DNA of 64,000 nucleotides from assembly GCA_964016885.1 (NCBI GenBank), contig OZ024746.1:96906001-96970000 (forward strand). The letters are read 5' to 3'. This DNA is from Eledone cirrhosa. Its lineage: Eukaryota. The position numbers were made by a program, and so were the translations under genes. Numbering within the stretch: position 1 is the stretch's first letter; each line of letters starts with the position of its first letter. Below, one piece after another: positions 62,396 to 64,000 of the stretch. The notes beneath the pieces were generated by a model. That model was not told the DNA's origin and searched no databases. It worked only from the letters and a program-made list of their open reading frames with translations.

Positions 62396-64000
62396 CTGTT
62401 TCAACACATGTATGTATATCATGCATGTATATGTTTATATCAGTGTGGAGAGAACAAAACCAGTATTGTGAGCAAAAATATTGTTCTGTATTTAAGTTTA
62501 GCAAAGTTATCTCCCTTTACTCTAAAGATAACTTTGGAAAGAGATCAAGATATATTATCAGGCATGTACTAGATCAGAAAATTTGTATAAAACCATAGAA
62601 GGCTGTGCCACATCTTAGGCACAGTCTAATGAGGGAATATTTGGTTATTTGTTTCATCATTCATCATTTCATTTTATGTCCGCTTTTCCCTGCTTGCAAG
62701 GGTGGGACAGGAACTGATTCTGGCTTGATTTCTACAGCTGGATGCCCTTCCTAACACCAACCTCAGTGTTTATCAAAAGATATTCCATGGTTTATAAGTG
62801 CATATTTCATAATGATGATGATCATCGTTTTCATTATTTAACATGTTTTCCTTGCTAGAAAGTTTTGGATAGATCATCACAGACCAAGTCAGTACTTAAT
62901 CAGAGCTTCTGAACTCTACAGAGTGCAGCGGGTGCATTTTATCCTAGCACTAGCATTAGATTGTCATGTCTTTGATGCAATTGAAGAGCTCTCTTGCCCC
63001 ATTGTTTGGCAAGCTTTGTATTTTTTTATGCATTTCCTATCATCAACGATTTTACAGAATGTACAGGGTGCATTTTATTGTGATACCAGCACTGCAGAGG
63101 CTCTGTTTGATGCAATTGAAGAGCCCTCCTGACCCATTGTTTGGCAATTTTTTTAAATTCTTGGATACCTTTTCAATTACCAATCACTTTATAGAGTTGT
63201 TAATCTGCATCAAATATTTTAAATAATCTTTCATGAGATATAGACCACAGTAAAATAGAAAATAAGGATTGAGATGCAAAAATAGGTAACAGAAAATAAC
63301 AATGAAAGATTTAACTGCAAAAATGTACAACAGAAAATTAGATTGTGGAATCAGAGAAAATATAACTGAAAAAATCAATATATTTTATGAAATATTCACA
63401 AGACTGAAGACTTTGAAGCAAACAAAGAAAGCATGCTGGTTAAGTAACAGGCATTTACAAAAGTATGGTTATGATTGCTTTAGGAAGGAATAGGCTATGT
63501 AGCCGGTCCTGGCAAAATAGAGAAACATACTTTTTAAGCTTATTTTACTGGTAATTCCTAACTCTAGTCAGGGTCCTGGAAGCTTATTTTACCACTAAAT
63601 AATTATTTCTACTTTAGGCACAAAGCCAGCAATTTGAAGGGAAGGGCAAAGTTGATTAAATCGATCCCAGTATGTTACTGGTACTTTATTTTATTGACCT
63701 TGTAAGGATGTAAGGCAAAGCTTACCCTGGCGAGATTTCAACTCAGAATATAAAGGGACGTAACTACATGCCCCAAAGCATATTGTCCAATGCTCTACTG
63801 ATACTCTCAATCCTCTGGCCTTTTACCACTAAATCATAAATAGTGTTTTAGAAGCCAAGTAGTGACTACTATCATTAACCCAGGTTGTGACTTTCTGCTA
63901 AAATTCTTAAGCCATGGAACTCAGTAAATCTGTGTGTATAACATATGTTATGAATGGACAAAACACAATATATATTAGAAATGTATGTATGGACCCATAA

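Overview
AT-rich, microsatellite-dense eukaryotic DNA, most likely a cephalopod (octopus-like, inferred from its repeat content). The whole window lies inside one large minus-strand gene, agrin. I reconstructed 13 GT-AG exons by hand (60699 down to 10722). They splice in frame into 1956 nt (about 652 codons): Cys-rich linker, two laminin-EGF repeats, Kazal/follistatin, Ser/Thr-rich segment, a 6-Cys EB/EGF-like module, EGF, LamG1, EGF, EGF, and the start of LamG2. The gene continues beyond both ends. The introns hold RTE-clade LINEs (one near full length with a single stop), a Tx1/L1-like LINE, R4/Dong-like fragments, a DD34D mariner, tRNA-derived SINEs, piggyBac/hAT/Tc1 MITEs and minisatellites. 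The most notable unannotated signal is a set of non-coding fold-back elements inserted in (TA)n tracts. Several carry type I hammerhead-ribozyme cores (CUGANGA...GAAA..NUH), consistent with Penelope-like or retrozyme-like elements, and some lie in sense with the agrin pre-mRNA.
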